From the IMG/VR virus record IMGVR_UViG_2737471821_000008: a DNA stretch of 16,452 nucleotides; one strand, written 5' to 3'. The stretch's first letter is position 1; every line of letters starts with the position of its first letter. The notes beneath the pieces were generated by a model. It worked only from the letters and a program-made list of their open reading frames with translations. It searched no databases and had not been told where the DNA came from. The position numbers and the translations under genes were made by a program. The stretch is from a virus. Taxonomy: Duplodnaviria > Heunggongvirae > Uroviricota > Caudoviricetes. Of this stretch, positions 1 through 7,602 are shown one piece after another.

Positions 1-405
1 ATGGATCAGGTCGTTGTTTTTCAAAAGATGTTTGAGCAAGTGAGAAAAGAGCAAAACTTCTCCTGGTTTTATTCAGAATTAAAACATCACCGTATTGCAC
101 ATTACATTTATTATCTGGCTACGGATAACATCAGAATTATTACTCACGATGATACGGTTTTGTTATTAAGAGGAACCAGGAACCTGTTAAAAGTTAGTAC
201 GACCAAGAACCCTGCTAAAATAAAAGAGGCCGCATTGCTTCATATTTGCGGAAAATCTACATTTCGGGAATACTGTTCAACACTGGCAGGCGCGGGCGTT
301 TTCCGGTGGGTTACTGATGTTAATCATAACAAACGCAGTTACTACGCCATTGATAATACGCTTTTATATATTGAAGATGTAGAAAATAATAAACCATTAA
401 TCTAG
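1..405 (+). CDS. ycgX: DUF1398-family protein YcgX (chromosomal flank outside the prophage)
   Basis: Complete 134-aa ORF with ATG at position 1. I recognise the sequence as YcgX, and it sits next to iraM as in E. coli K-12. AT-rich. Confidence 0.6.
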   Translation: MDQVVVFQKMFEQVRKEQNFSWFYSELKHHRIAHYIYYLATDNIRIITHDDTVLLLRGTRNLLKVSTTKNPAKIKEAALLHICGKSTFREYCSTLAGAGVFRWVTDVNHNKRSYYAIDNTLLYIEDVENNKPLI

Positions 406-616
406 CTAAAGTTGGATACTTAAGAAATGCTTCATAATTCAGTAAGGCATTAGCATAATGGAAATAAAAGTGCAGAGACTATCTCTATGGATGATTAATA
501 CTGTCTTTTTATTGTCACCCATAAATAATCACCAGACTAATACTATCAACTTGATATTTGAAATGTGATCACTTGACTTTTGATACGTTATTTTATAACG
601 GTTAACATATTTATAA

Positions 617-662
617 AAACAACGGCCGTGCCACACGTCCGTTTCAATACTTAACGCACATG
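617..662 (+). repeat. Direct repeat copy 1 of an icd 3'UTR/terminator-like ~45-bp sequence
   Basis: By hand alignment 38 of 45 positions match 1481..1525 (aaacaacggNcgtg...ccgtttcaataNttaacNcacatg). No icd coding sequence follows this copy. Confidence 0.6.
621..643. terminator. Imperfect hairpin within repeat copy 1 (possible ycgX terminator)
   Basis: Arms AACGG/CCGTT plus CGTG/CACG with one mismatch and a CCA loop, followed by TTTCAATA. Weaker than copy 2. Confidence 0.35.
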
Positions 663-1104
663 TATTTTGGTTTAGTCATCATCCGGTTATATGTATTTTA
701 GCCAGGAACAGGTTAAATCATTCCTATATAACTCAAAAATTGAAACCTTATTCTCATGTCATGCTTATATTCATTATTATCGTTATATAAAAAGGCAACC
801 ATAATGTTTAGCAAATTGGCACAAAGTAGCATAAAGGCTATGTTTTAATTACAGGATGTTCAGTCATTTGAATGTATAACATTATAGCTAAACAAATCTA
901 AAACGAAGTCAATAATTTATTGCTTTCACAAAATCTCATTTTGTTTAACATCCATTGAGATTCCTTGCTTTAAATTTTATTTTATATAAGCCATCATTTT
1001 AATTAATTTATTTTTTTGAGGGGGGGGTAATATACTCATATGCAAAATCAAGAAATAAACATCCTAATGAACCATATTAAATACCGTGGGATAAGACATA
1101 ACAA

Positions 1105-1428
1105 ATGAAGTGGATAGTAATTGACACGGTAATTCAACCTACATGTGGTATATCTTTTTCAGCCATATGGGGTAATATGAAAATGATCATCTGGTATCAA
1201 TCTACTATATTTCTCCCTCCTGGCAGTATATTTACACCGGTTAAGTCTGGTATTATCCTTAAGGATAAAGAATATCCTATTACTATTTATCACATCGCAC
1301 CATTCAACAAGGATTTATGGAGTTTACTCAAAAGCAGTCAAGAGTGTCCTCCAGGAGAAAGCAAAATAACAAATAAATGTTTACATAATAGTTGCATTAT
1401 AAAAATATGCCCATATGGGCTCAAGTAA
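1105..1428 (+). CDS. iraM: Anti-adaptor protein IraM (stabilises RpoS by inhibiting RssB)
   Basis: 107-aa ORF with ATG start, [22 protein letters not shown]..., recognised as IraM. Lies between ycgX and the icd fragment as in K-12. AT-rich, about 38% GC on a sampled line. Confidence 0.7.
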   Translation: MKWIVIDTVIQPTCGISFSAIWGNMKMIIWYQSTIFLPPGSIFTPVKSGIILKDKEYPITIYHIAPFNKDLWSLLKSSQECPPGESKITNKCLHNSCIIKICPYGLK

Positions 1429-1480
1429 TGGGCTTCATATAAATATGCTCGATATGCTATTAATAATATCCACATAAATA

Positions 1481-1525
1481 AAACAACGGGCGTGTTATAC
1501 GCCCGTTTCAATATTTAACACATGG
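1481..1525 (+). repeat. Direct repeat copy 2 (authentic icd 3'UTR and terminator)
   Basis: Immediately 3' of the icd stop codon (1531..1533 on the - strand). Pairs with 617..662. Confidence 0.6.
1485..1507. terminator. Bidirectional rho-independent terminator (icd terminator; also downstream of iraM)
   Basis: Stem AACGGGCGT / ACGCCCGTT with loop GTTAT. On the - strand it is followed by GTTTTATTTAT (U-tract), on the + strand by TTCAATATTT. Confidence 0.6.
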
Positions 1526-1530
1526 AGAGA

Positions 1531-1695
1531 TTACATGTTTTCGATGATCGCTTCACCAAACTCTGAACATTTCAGCAGCTTAGCGCCTTCCATCAGACGT
1601 TCGAAGTCATAAGTTACGGTCTTGGCATTGATTGCGCCTTCCATACCTTTAACAATCAGGTCAGCCGCTTCAGTCCAACCCATATGGCGCAGCAT
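1531..1695 (-). pseudogene. icdC: Displaced 3' fragment of isocitrate dehydrogenase gene (icdC-type), prophage attachment junction
   Basis: The - strand translates to [54 protein letters not shown], the Icd C-terminus. icd similarity ends abruptly at about 1695. No start codon or upstream icd sequence. Confidence 0.85.
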
Positions 1696-1928
1696 TAGTT
1701 AGATGACTAAATCATAACTATTTGACATAGCAACATAATTTTACTAATTTGCATATAACTCATTAGCTCTTAGCATTTCTATAACTCATTGATTATAAAC
1801 ATGTGTTTTTGAGTTTTGATAACCATTTTTAGCATAAAAATAGCTGTTAACATTTGCAGAAATTAAGATCAGAGAAAATTTTTACCCTGTAGGGTATTAC
1901 GTCTTAAATGTGACTTTAATAAACAATT

Positions 1929-2762
1929 TTATTTCTGTAATCGGTTTATATTAACGTAAAGCATCTCGATTAGTTCTTTTGCATTTTTACTATAGTGTAA
2001 TTCTCTATGACAATTCGGACAAAGGGCAACACAGTTATCTGTTGTATCAGCACCACCTGAAGACAGGGGAATTACATGATGCACTTCCAAATATGGGTTT
2101 CCATCATTTAAATAAAACGGAGCATTTTTACCACAGTTTTCACATATACCTTTACTTTGCTGTAAAATCCAAGCTTTTACCATCGGGTCTCGAACATAAA
2201 CTTTTTGTAGTCTTTCTACCTCAACTGGTTTCCTGGAGCCCTCGGGTTGACTCAACGTTTTCTTAATTAATTTACTAACCCTCATATTCAGAAGCGATTC
2301 ATCATCTGTAGGCTGTGAAAGCTCTGATAGTTCTCCACGTATTATAGACGCCCAAAAACTGTCACTATAAATTCCTGGAACATTTATCAATATTCGTTTC
2401 GTTCTATTGCCGGAAGGAATTTCCTTTCTCCCCGTACGACTAAAATAAGCCTGATAACCACACATCTTCAAGCGTATATCGCGGGGGCTATTACCAATCA
2501 AAGTAAAATATTCACCAGGATGGATTTTTCTTTCATCCAAAGAATGCATATGTTTTCTGACTGATGATGACGCCAGATATACTACGACTTGGGATACACC
2601 AGAATCAACCAACCGTTCAATGATATAATCAAGAGCGATATTGTAATCTTTGTTTCTGTCACCCGGCCCCCACGACTCAAGGATTAGACCATAAACACCA
2701 TCCTCTTCACCTATCGAGCACTCAGCTTTCAGTTCAATTCCATTATTATCAAAAACATGCAT
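1929..2762 (-). CDS. mcrA: 5-methylcytosine-specific restriction endonuclease McrA (HNH family)
   Basis: 277-aa ORF with ATG start. C-terminal HNH motif ...CENCGKNAPFYLNDGNPYLEVHHVIPLSSGGADTTDNCVALCPNCHRELH. Recognised as McrA. GC about 45% on sampled lines. Confidence 0.9.
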   Translation of the reverse strand: MHVFDNNGIELKAECSIGEEDGVYGLILESWGPGDRNKDYNIALDYIIERLVDSGVSQVVVYLASSSVRKHMHSLDERKIHPGEYFTLIGNSPRDIRLKMCGYQAYFSRTGRKEIPSGNRTKRILINVPGIYSDSFWASIIRGELSELSQPTDDESLLNMRVSKLIKKTLSQPEGSRKPVEVERLQKVYVRDPMVKAWILQQSKGICENCGKNAPFYLNDGNPYLEVHHVIPLSSGGADTTDNCVALCPNCHRELHYSKNAKELIEMLYVNINRLQK

Positions 2763-2868
2763 AATATTAATCTTTAATCAATTTTTCACGACAATACTAC
2801 TTTTATTGATAAAATTGCAACAAGTTGCTGTTGTTTTACTTTCTTTTGTACACAAAGTGTCTTTAACT

Positions 2869-3423
2869 TTATTTATCCTCTGCAGGAAACCTCTTATACA
2901 AAGTTGACACACCAACATCATAGATAATCGCCACCTTCTGGCGAGGAACTCCTGATGCAATTAATCGTCCGGCCTGTGCCCATTGTTCTGGTGTAAGTTT
3001 GGGACGACGTCCACCAATTCGCCCCTGTGCGCGAGCAGCTTCCAGTCCAGCTTTTGTTCGTTCAACAATCAGTTCACGCTCCATTTCAGCCAGGGCACCC
3101 ATCACATGAAAGAAAAAGCGTCCCATTGGTGTGCTGGTATCAATTGAATCCGTCAGACTACGAAAGTTGATGCCTCGTTCGCGCAACTCCTCCACCAACA
3201 CGACAAGATGCCGCATACTACGCCCCAGCCGATCCAGCTTCCAGACAACCAGAGTGTCACCTGCCGATAATGTCCTGAGCAGTTTTTTCAGTCCCGGCCT
3301 TTCGGACTTTGTGCCGCTTATCTTGTCTTCAAAAATCAGCTCGCATCCTGCACAGTTCAGCGCATTACGTTGTAGATCTGTGTTCTGGTCATTTGTTGAT
3401 ACGCGTACATAGCCAATAAGCAT
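2869..3423 (-). CDS. pinE: Serine DNA invertase Pin (Gin/Hin/Cin family)
   Basis: Start placed at the internal ATG giving MLIGYVRVSTNDQNTDLQRNAL... (184 aa), the typical invertase N-terminus with catalytic Ser in RVST. The ORF track begins 12 codons upstream at 3459. Confidence 0.9.
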   Translation of the reverse strand: MLIGYVRVSTNDQNTDLQRNALNCAGCELIFEDKISGTKSERPGLKKLLRTLSAGDTLVVWKLDRLGRSMRHLVVLVEELRERGINFRSLTDSIDTSTPMGRFFFHVMGALAEMERELIVERTKAGLEAARAQGRIGGRRPKLTPEQWAQAGRLIASGVPRQKVAIIYDVGVSTLYKRFPAEDK

Positions 3424-3477
3424 GGTAGCTCCCCCTGACAAAAGCAGGAATGATGCCATTTGCTCGTTATTTCTGCA

Positions 3478-3503
3478 TTTTCATAAACGTTGGTTTGGGA
3501 GAA
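3478..3503. repeat. Pin recombination (crossover) site, pin-proximal copy
   Basis: TTTTCATAAACG-TT-GGTTTGGGAGAA resembles the 26-bp gix/hix architecture. The inner half-site GGTTTGGGAGAA is a perfect inverted repeat of 5362..5373. Confidence 0.7.
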
Positions 3504-4022
3504 GGTGCTCCAGCTATTGGCGTTCCGTTCTTCTGGCCGTCCGCCGCAATGCCAAATACTGTAATCGACAGTTGGTCCAGTATGGTGTTTTTGAAGTTCA
3601 ACGGCGCGAAATTCTCTGCCACTGATTACCCTGTGCTGGCGAAAGTGTTTCCGGCGCTAGCATTACCTGACGCACGGGGTGATTTCATTCGTATCTGGGA
3701 TGATGGGCGCGGGATTGATGTCGGACGTACCCTACTTTCAGGGCAATCACACACAATTATGGATCATGCACACAATATGGAATTGTGGACGGGGGACGGG
3801 CTTGCCGCAGGAAGTGCACGGGAAGGAGTAAACCCAGGAATACTGGCTACATACGGTGACGGGGGAATAGTTAAAACGGACGAACCCGGTCTTAAGGTGC
3901 CTTCCTCACTACGAGCTCTTAGCTCTCGTAGTGTTAAACGTTATGGTGAAATTAGTGGAAATGTAGATACAGAAACCCGTCCACGAAATATTGCATTCAA
4001 CTTTCTGGTGAGGGCTAAATAA
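3491..4022 (+). pseudogene. stfE: Silent alternative tail-fibre C-terminal cassette (StfE-type variable domain), in-phase with the stfP constant region after inversion
   Basis: ORF 3450..4022 runs through the crossover site (…VGLGEGAP…) and ends …ETRPRNIAFNFLVRAK, a typical fibre C-terminus. The ATG at 3450 lies outside the segment and is not a real start. The core TT occupies codon positions 2 and 3 in both cassettes. Confidence 0.65.
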
Positions 4023-4615
4023 TGATACCTGTTTTTGATGAAAATGGGCTGGCTACAGTGCCGGGCGATATGCGTTGTTTTTATTATAATGCAGTAACGT
4101 ATGAATATACCGGCTGGTCTGATGAATATATTAATACTGGCGTAAGTATACCCGCCTGTTCCACTGGTATTGACCCGGGCGAAAACATCCCGGGAAAAGT
4201 GGCAGTATTTACGGGTAAGGGATGGAGCCATGAAGAAGACCATCGCAATGAGACCGTTTACTCAACTGAAAATGGCGCAGCTGTTACAGTGGATTATATC
4301 GGTGCCATCAAAGACGGTTATGTCACGCTTTCACCGTTAACGCCATACGATAAATGGGATGGTGAGAAATGGGTGACGGATACCGAGGCACAGCATAGCG
4401 CCGCAGTAGAAGCGGCAGAAGCACAGCGCCAGTCGCTGATTGATGCTGCAATGGCTTCCATCAGTCTGATTCAACTGAAATTACAGGCTGGGCGGAAGCT
4501 GACGCAGCCAGAAAACACCCGACTTAACGCTGTGCTGGATTACATTGACGCGGTGACGGCAACAGATACCAGCACAGCGCCGGATGTCATCTGGCCTGAA
4601 CTGCCGGAGGCGTAG
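4022..4615 (+). CDS. tfaE: Tail fibre assembly protein (alternative cassette partner)
   Basis: 197-aa ORF, ATG overlapping the cassette stop (TAATG). Tfa-family conserved C-terminus …TSTAPDVIWPELPEA. Confidence 0.8.
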   Translation: MIPVFDENGLATVPGDMRCFYYNAVTYEYTGWSDEYINTGVSIPACSTGIDPGENIPGKVAVFTGKGWSHEEDHRNETVYSTENGAAVTVDYIGAIKDGYVTLSPLTPYDKWDGEKWVTDTEAQHSAAVEAAEAQRQSLIDAAMASISLIQLKLQAGRKLTQPENTRLNAVLDYIDAVTATDTSTAPDVIWPELPEA

Positions 4616-5024
4616 GCCATTCAATATCTGGCGCACCGGAAGTATCGATCAGCTCCAGTGCGTCCAGATAATCCAGCCACAAATTATATTGCGCCAGTTC
4701 ATCACCTTTCAGACGACCAATAGCGGCTTTACCGGGCCATTGCTTACTGTTCATGTATTCGTTGGCCTGATTAAGCAATAATTGCCTTTCTGATTCTGCC
4801 TGTTGAATAAGTTCTTCATGTGATGGTGGAGGTATTAGTGCCCATGTGGGTAATCCATTTTTTCCTGCAACACGAATTTTGTCATCTGGAGGCGTATTGA
4901 TTGCAAATTCATTATAAACATCATCACTGACAGCCAGAGCATCATCTGGCCATGAATTTGCATTAATGTAATCATCCTTAAGTGCAGGATTCACAAAAAT
5001 GTTTAAAGATGGACTATAAAACAT
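4587..5024 (-). CDS. tfaP: Tail fibre assembly protein (expressed orientation)
   Basis: 145-aa ORF immediately after stfP (TAATATG junction). C-terminus …TSGAPDIEWPTPP is similar to TfaE. Its 3' end overlaps tfaE convergently over 4587..4615. Confidence 0.8.
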   Translation of the reverse strand: MFYSPSLNIFVNPALKDDYINANSWPDDALAVSDDVYNEFAINTPPDDKIRVAGKNGLPTWALIPPPSHEELIQQAESERQLLLNQANEYMNSKQWPGKAAIGRLKGDELAQYNLWLDYLDALELIDTSGAPDIEWPTPPAVQAR

Positions 5025-5025
5025 A

Positions 5026-5664
5026 TTACACCCCTATAGCGATATAACGACCTAATACAGCGTTTGCAGCAGTCGCTATGCTTGAAAAACCGCGGAACTG
5101 ATTTGATGTAATTGCAGAAGCCGACAGGATTCCTGCGCCTGAAGGTGTATGCCCCACATGACTAACTATCATTCCATAACATGCTGACGGAAAGGCAAAA
5201 GGAAAATCGTTAAGATATCCGGCATCTTCACCACCAGACCCACCAAATCTCGCCTGCCCCCACTGAATAATCAGTGTTCTCCGGGAACCTGAAATAATTA
5301 ACGGGATCGTTACATACCCATTCAGGCCAATGACACCCGATGCAGTGCCAGCCAGAGATAATTCTCCCAAACCAAGGTTTTCGAGAGCCGTTTTCACCGT
5401 GCCATCCGATTTGATATCGCCAAACGGATTCTTGCGGCTTAACAGCAGCGCACGAAGCGCGGTAAGCAGCTGGTCGTGCCGCCCCTTCTCCAGGCTGGCA
5501 CCGGATGCCTCCACCACGCTGCAAAGCTCCTCCTGCAACATGTCAAAGTAGTCATCATCCAGATCGGTGGCAGGCGTGCCGGTCTGGGGGTTACCACGGG
5601 TAAAACCGTTCTTACCCGCGCCGAACTTATCCTTCTGCGCGGTTTTCGTGTCTATACGATGCAT
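5026..5664 (-). CDS. stfP: Side tail fibre protein (constant N-terminus outside, variable C-terminus inside the invertible segment)
   Basis: 212-aa ORF with ATG start. N-terminus …GNPQTGTPATDLDDDYFDMLQEELCSVVEASG… is typical of phage fibres. The crossover site lies at codons …LENLGLGE. Confidence 0.8.
   Translation of the reverse strand: MHRIDTKTAQKDKFGAGKNGFTRGNPQTGTPATDLDDDYFDMLQEELCSVVEASGASLEKGRHDQLLTALRALLLSRKNPFGDIKSDGTVKTALENLGLGELSLAGTASGVIGLNGYVTIPLIISGSRRTLIIQWGQARFGGSGGEDAGYLNDFPFAFPSACYGMIVSHVGHTPSGAGILSASAITSNQFRGFSSIATAANAVLGRYIAIGV
5362..5387. repeat. Pin recombination (crossover) site, distal copy inside stfP
   Basis: TTCTCCCAAACC-AA-GGTTTTCGAGAG. Its reverse complement matches the 3478..3503 site. 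Confidence 0.7.
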
Positions 5665-5667
5665 GGA

Positions 5668-6252
5668 TTACTCCGGATATTTAAAAATTACGTAGGTATG
5701 CGACGGGCAGAGTTTGTTAAGCACACATTCGACAACTGTGTCGCCCCAGATACGCAGTGCGGAATCACAGGGATCGCCACATGTCATCCAGGTGGTGTTG
5801 GTGGCGGCTGGCATGTTGACCTGCCAGTAATACCGCCATTCAGGCGCGTTCACAGCGTCAGTACAGGCCGATGAGCAGGTGAACGTGCTTTTGTCGTATC
5901 GCTTGATGGTGGCATCTGGTCTGCCCAGGGCAGCAAGCTGTGCAAGATAAAAATCCTCGTTGATGCCGCCCGCCAGGTTAACCTTCGCATCCAGCCGTTG
6001 CTGACGCTGGCGAAGGGTCTGTGTCCCTGCGGGAATACATTCATCCGGCAGACCGCACAGACGCTCCCAGCGGTTTATCAGTTCAGTGGTGGTGCGCGGA
6101 TCCAGCTCCCGCATCAGGGCATCCGCACGCTGATGAACGCGGGTTAATGACGGTGCCGCACCGGCAATCGCCGGATCGCTGGCTGACCACGCCGGACCGG
6201 GGGGCAACAGTGCTGACAACAGACGGATGTAATCATCGTTTGTCACGTCCAT
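5668..6252 (-). CDS. ymfQ: Phage tail/baseplate protein YmfQ (DUF2313, Mu gp48-like)
   Basis: 194-aa ORF with ATG start, directly upstream of the fibre gene and overlapping the baseplate-J gene end. Recognised as YmfQ. Confidence 0.7.
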   Translation of the reverse strand: MDVTNDDYIRLLSALLPPGPAWSASDPAIAGAAPSLTRVHQRADALMRELDPRTTTELINRWERLCGLPDECIPAGTQTLRQRQQRLDAKVNLAGGINEDFYLAQLAALGRPDATIKRYDKSTFTCSSACTDAVNAPEWRYYWQVNMPAATNTTWMTCGDPCDSALRIWGDTVVECVLNKLCPSHTYVIFKYPE

Positions 6253-7301
6253 GAAATCGTCCCCAGTACCGCCAGTTCATTTTTTGCAATGGAGATATTG
6301 TCTGCCGGTGCAAGCAACTGATGGCTGTATTCCCCGTTCGCACCGGAAATCGCCTCACTGATACGCGATACCTTCAGTTCTCCCTGCGGATAACCATCAC
6401 GCAGCAGGAACGAACGCAACTCCGCGGTGATGGCAGCCCGTATTTCCGGTGTGTCCGGCGTCACACGGATATGAAAATCCACCGTATGTGCCACCGGCCT
6501 GAACACATACAAATCAGAGCCTGCCACCGGGGCCAGTGGCTCGATATGTTGTCTTGCCGCCGTTTCCGTTGATTCTTCCGGAATGGGATTAATCAGGTCA
6601 CTGCTGGCAATCATCACACCGACAGTTCCCGTTCCCATCCAGTGACGGTATGTCCATGCGCGGGTAATGCCGGGCACTTCTTTAGCCCAGACAACATAGT
6701 CCCCGTCAGCCCCGCCCTGCGGCGTCCAGTAATACCGCTCAATGACGCGGGCGCGCCACGTTTCCAGCTCTTCAGTATCAAATCCGCCTGTCAGGGTGTC
6801 AGCCACACCGGAAGACGGCAGACCATTCACCGGCGTGACCAGGATTAATGCCGTACCGTCGTCAGCATTACCGACCGCACCTGCACTTGAGCAGGCGATC
6901 GGCACGCGCAGGACACCACCGGAGCTGGTTGCATCGTCAGTTGTCGTGTACTGCACCAGGTCATCGCGCTGAATAACACTCCCGGCGGTCACCTTCAGGC
7001 CATCGCTGACACCTTCCCAGCGCATATACCCACTGGCAACCGTGGCTCCCTTGCGCGGACACCGTTTCATCGCAGCATGTCGCGCCAGCCAGGACTCATC
7101 GCACAGGTCAGGCAGCATGTTCATTGCCAGATAATCGATGTAACCGTAAACCGTATGCAGCGCCGCCGCATACACCTTTGCCCGCACGTCTTCATCCATG
7201 CGCCGGAGCGTGTCGCTGACGTCCAGCCTGGCGAATAAATCGTTACGGAGCATACTGATATTTTCTGCCAGCGTCGGGCGCTGAAATTCACTGTCCGCCA
7301 T
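6243..7301 (-). CDS. jayE: Baseplate J-like protein (Mu gp47 / P2 gpJ family)
   Basis: 352-aa ORF with ATG start. Position and size fit the baseplate wedge protein that precedes gp48-like and fibre genes. The symbol follows e14 nomenclature from memory. Confidence 0.7.
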   Translation of the reverse strand: MADSEFQRPTLAENISMLRNDLFARLDVSDTLRRMDEDVRAKVYAAALHTVYGYIDYLAMNMLPDLCDESWLARHAAMKRCPRKGATVASGYMRWEGVSDGLKVTAGSVIQRDDLVQYTTTDDATSSGGVLRVPIACSSAGAVGNADDGTALILVTPVNGLPSSGVADTLTGGFDTEELETWRARVIERYYWTPQGGADGDYVVWAKEVPGITRAWTYRHWMGTGTVGVMIASSDLINPIPEESTETAARQHIEPLAPVAGSDLYVFRPVAHTVDFHIRVTPDTPEIRAAITAELRSFLLRDGYPQGELKVSRISEAISGANGEYSHQLLAPADNISIAKNELAVLGTISWT

Positions 7302-7602
7302 GCGTTATCGCACTCCACAGATCATCAAAAGAAATCATTACCGGTCCGTCACGACGCCAGAGGGTGATACTGTTACCCAGTTCATTAATCCCGGTGCGGC
7401 GGATATCCAGATCAATACGGGACACCACGCCGTCATCAATCATCCATTGCAGGCATTCGCGGATACCCGCCCCGGCAGCGCCCAGAGCAAGGCTGGAGAC
7501 TTCTTTCTGAAACCCCTTAAGCTGACGCTGCATACCTTTAAGCGGGCCGGACAGCCTGTCAACGGCGGTGATGATGGCTTTCAGCTGAAAATTATCAGCC
7601 AT
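7288..7602 (-). CDS. Short chimeric ORF: tape-measure-like N-terminus joined to an unrelated C-terminus (probable deletion product)
   Basis: Strong SD (GAGGAG, 7-nt spacer) and ATG. N-terminus MADNFQLKAIITAVDRLSGPLKG fits the usual tape-measure start, but the ORF is only 104 aa and its end overlaps the baseplate-J start. Confidence 0.4.
   Translation of the reverse strand: MADNFQLKAIITAVDRLSGPLKGMQRQLKGFQKEVSSLALGAAGAGIRECLQWMIDDGVVSRIDLDIRRTGINELGNSITLWRRDGPVMISFDDLWSAITHGGQ

Larger units (their letters stand above)
3491..5374. other. Pin-invertible tail-fibre segment (about 1.9 kb, host-range switch)
   Basis: Bounded by inverted crossover sites with core TT at 3490..3491 and AA at 5374..5375. 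Contains two oppositely oriented fibre C-terminal cassettes and two tfa genes. Confidence 0.7.

Noticed and set aside
474-500. AGAGA/TCTCT hairpin followed by a T-run as a ycgX terminator
   Set aside because: Stem is 5 bp with only two GC pairs, too weak to call; the 621..643 hairpin is the better candidate.
1043-1059. PhoP-box-like direct repeat (TGTTTA-N5-TGATTT on the - strand) upstream of iraM
   Set aside because: Second half-site matches only 4 of 6 positions and its position relative to any mapped promoter is unknown; too weak to report as a feature.
1979-2266. 95-aa ORF on the + strand inside mcrA
   Set aside because: Entirely antisense to a confidently identified gene; no independent start signal and no recognisable protein features.
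2816-2827. GCAAC-AA-GTTGC palindrome between pin and mcrA as a pin terminator
   Set aside because: Stem too short with a 2-nt loop and a poor U-tract on the relevant strand; more likely part of the mcrA promoter region.
3131-3412. 93-aa ORF on the + strand inside the pin gene
   Set aside because: Antisense to the invertase gene, with an S/R-rich low-complexity translation typical of an off-frame read.
3422-3625. 67-aa + strand ORF spanning the pin start and crossover site, and the ATG at 3450 of the 3450..4022 ORF
   Set aside because: These starts lie outside the invertible segment. The cassette is expressed only as a fusion to the stfP constant region after inversion.
5228-5874. Overlapping ORFs in alternative frames and on the + strand across stfP and ymfQ (5228..5524, 5330..5551, 5476..5874)
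   Set aside because: They overlap well-supported genes in other frames; the translations are Gly/Arg/Pro-rich, as expected for GC-rich off-frame reads.
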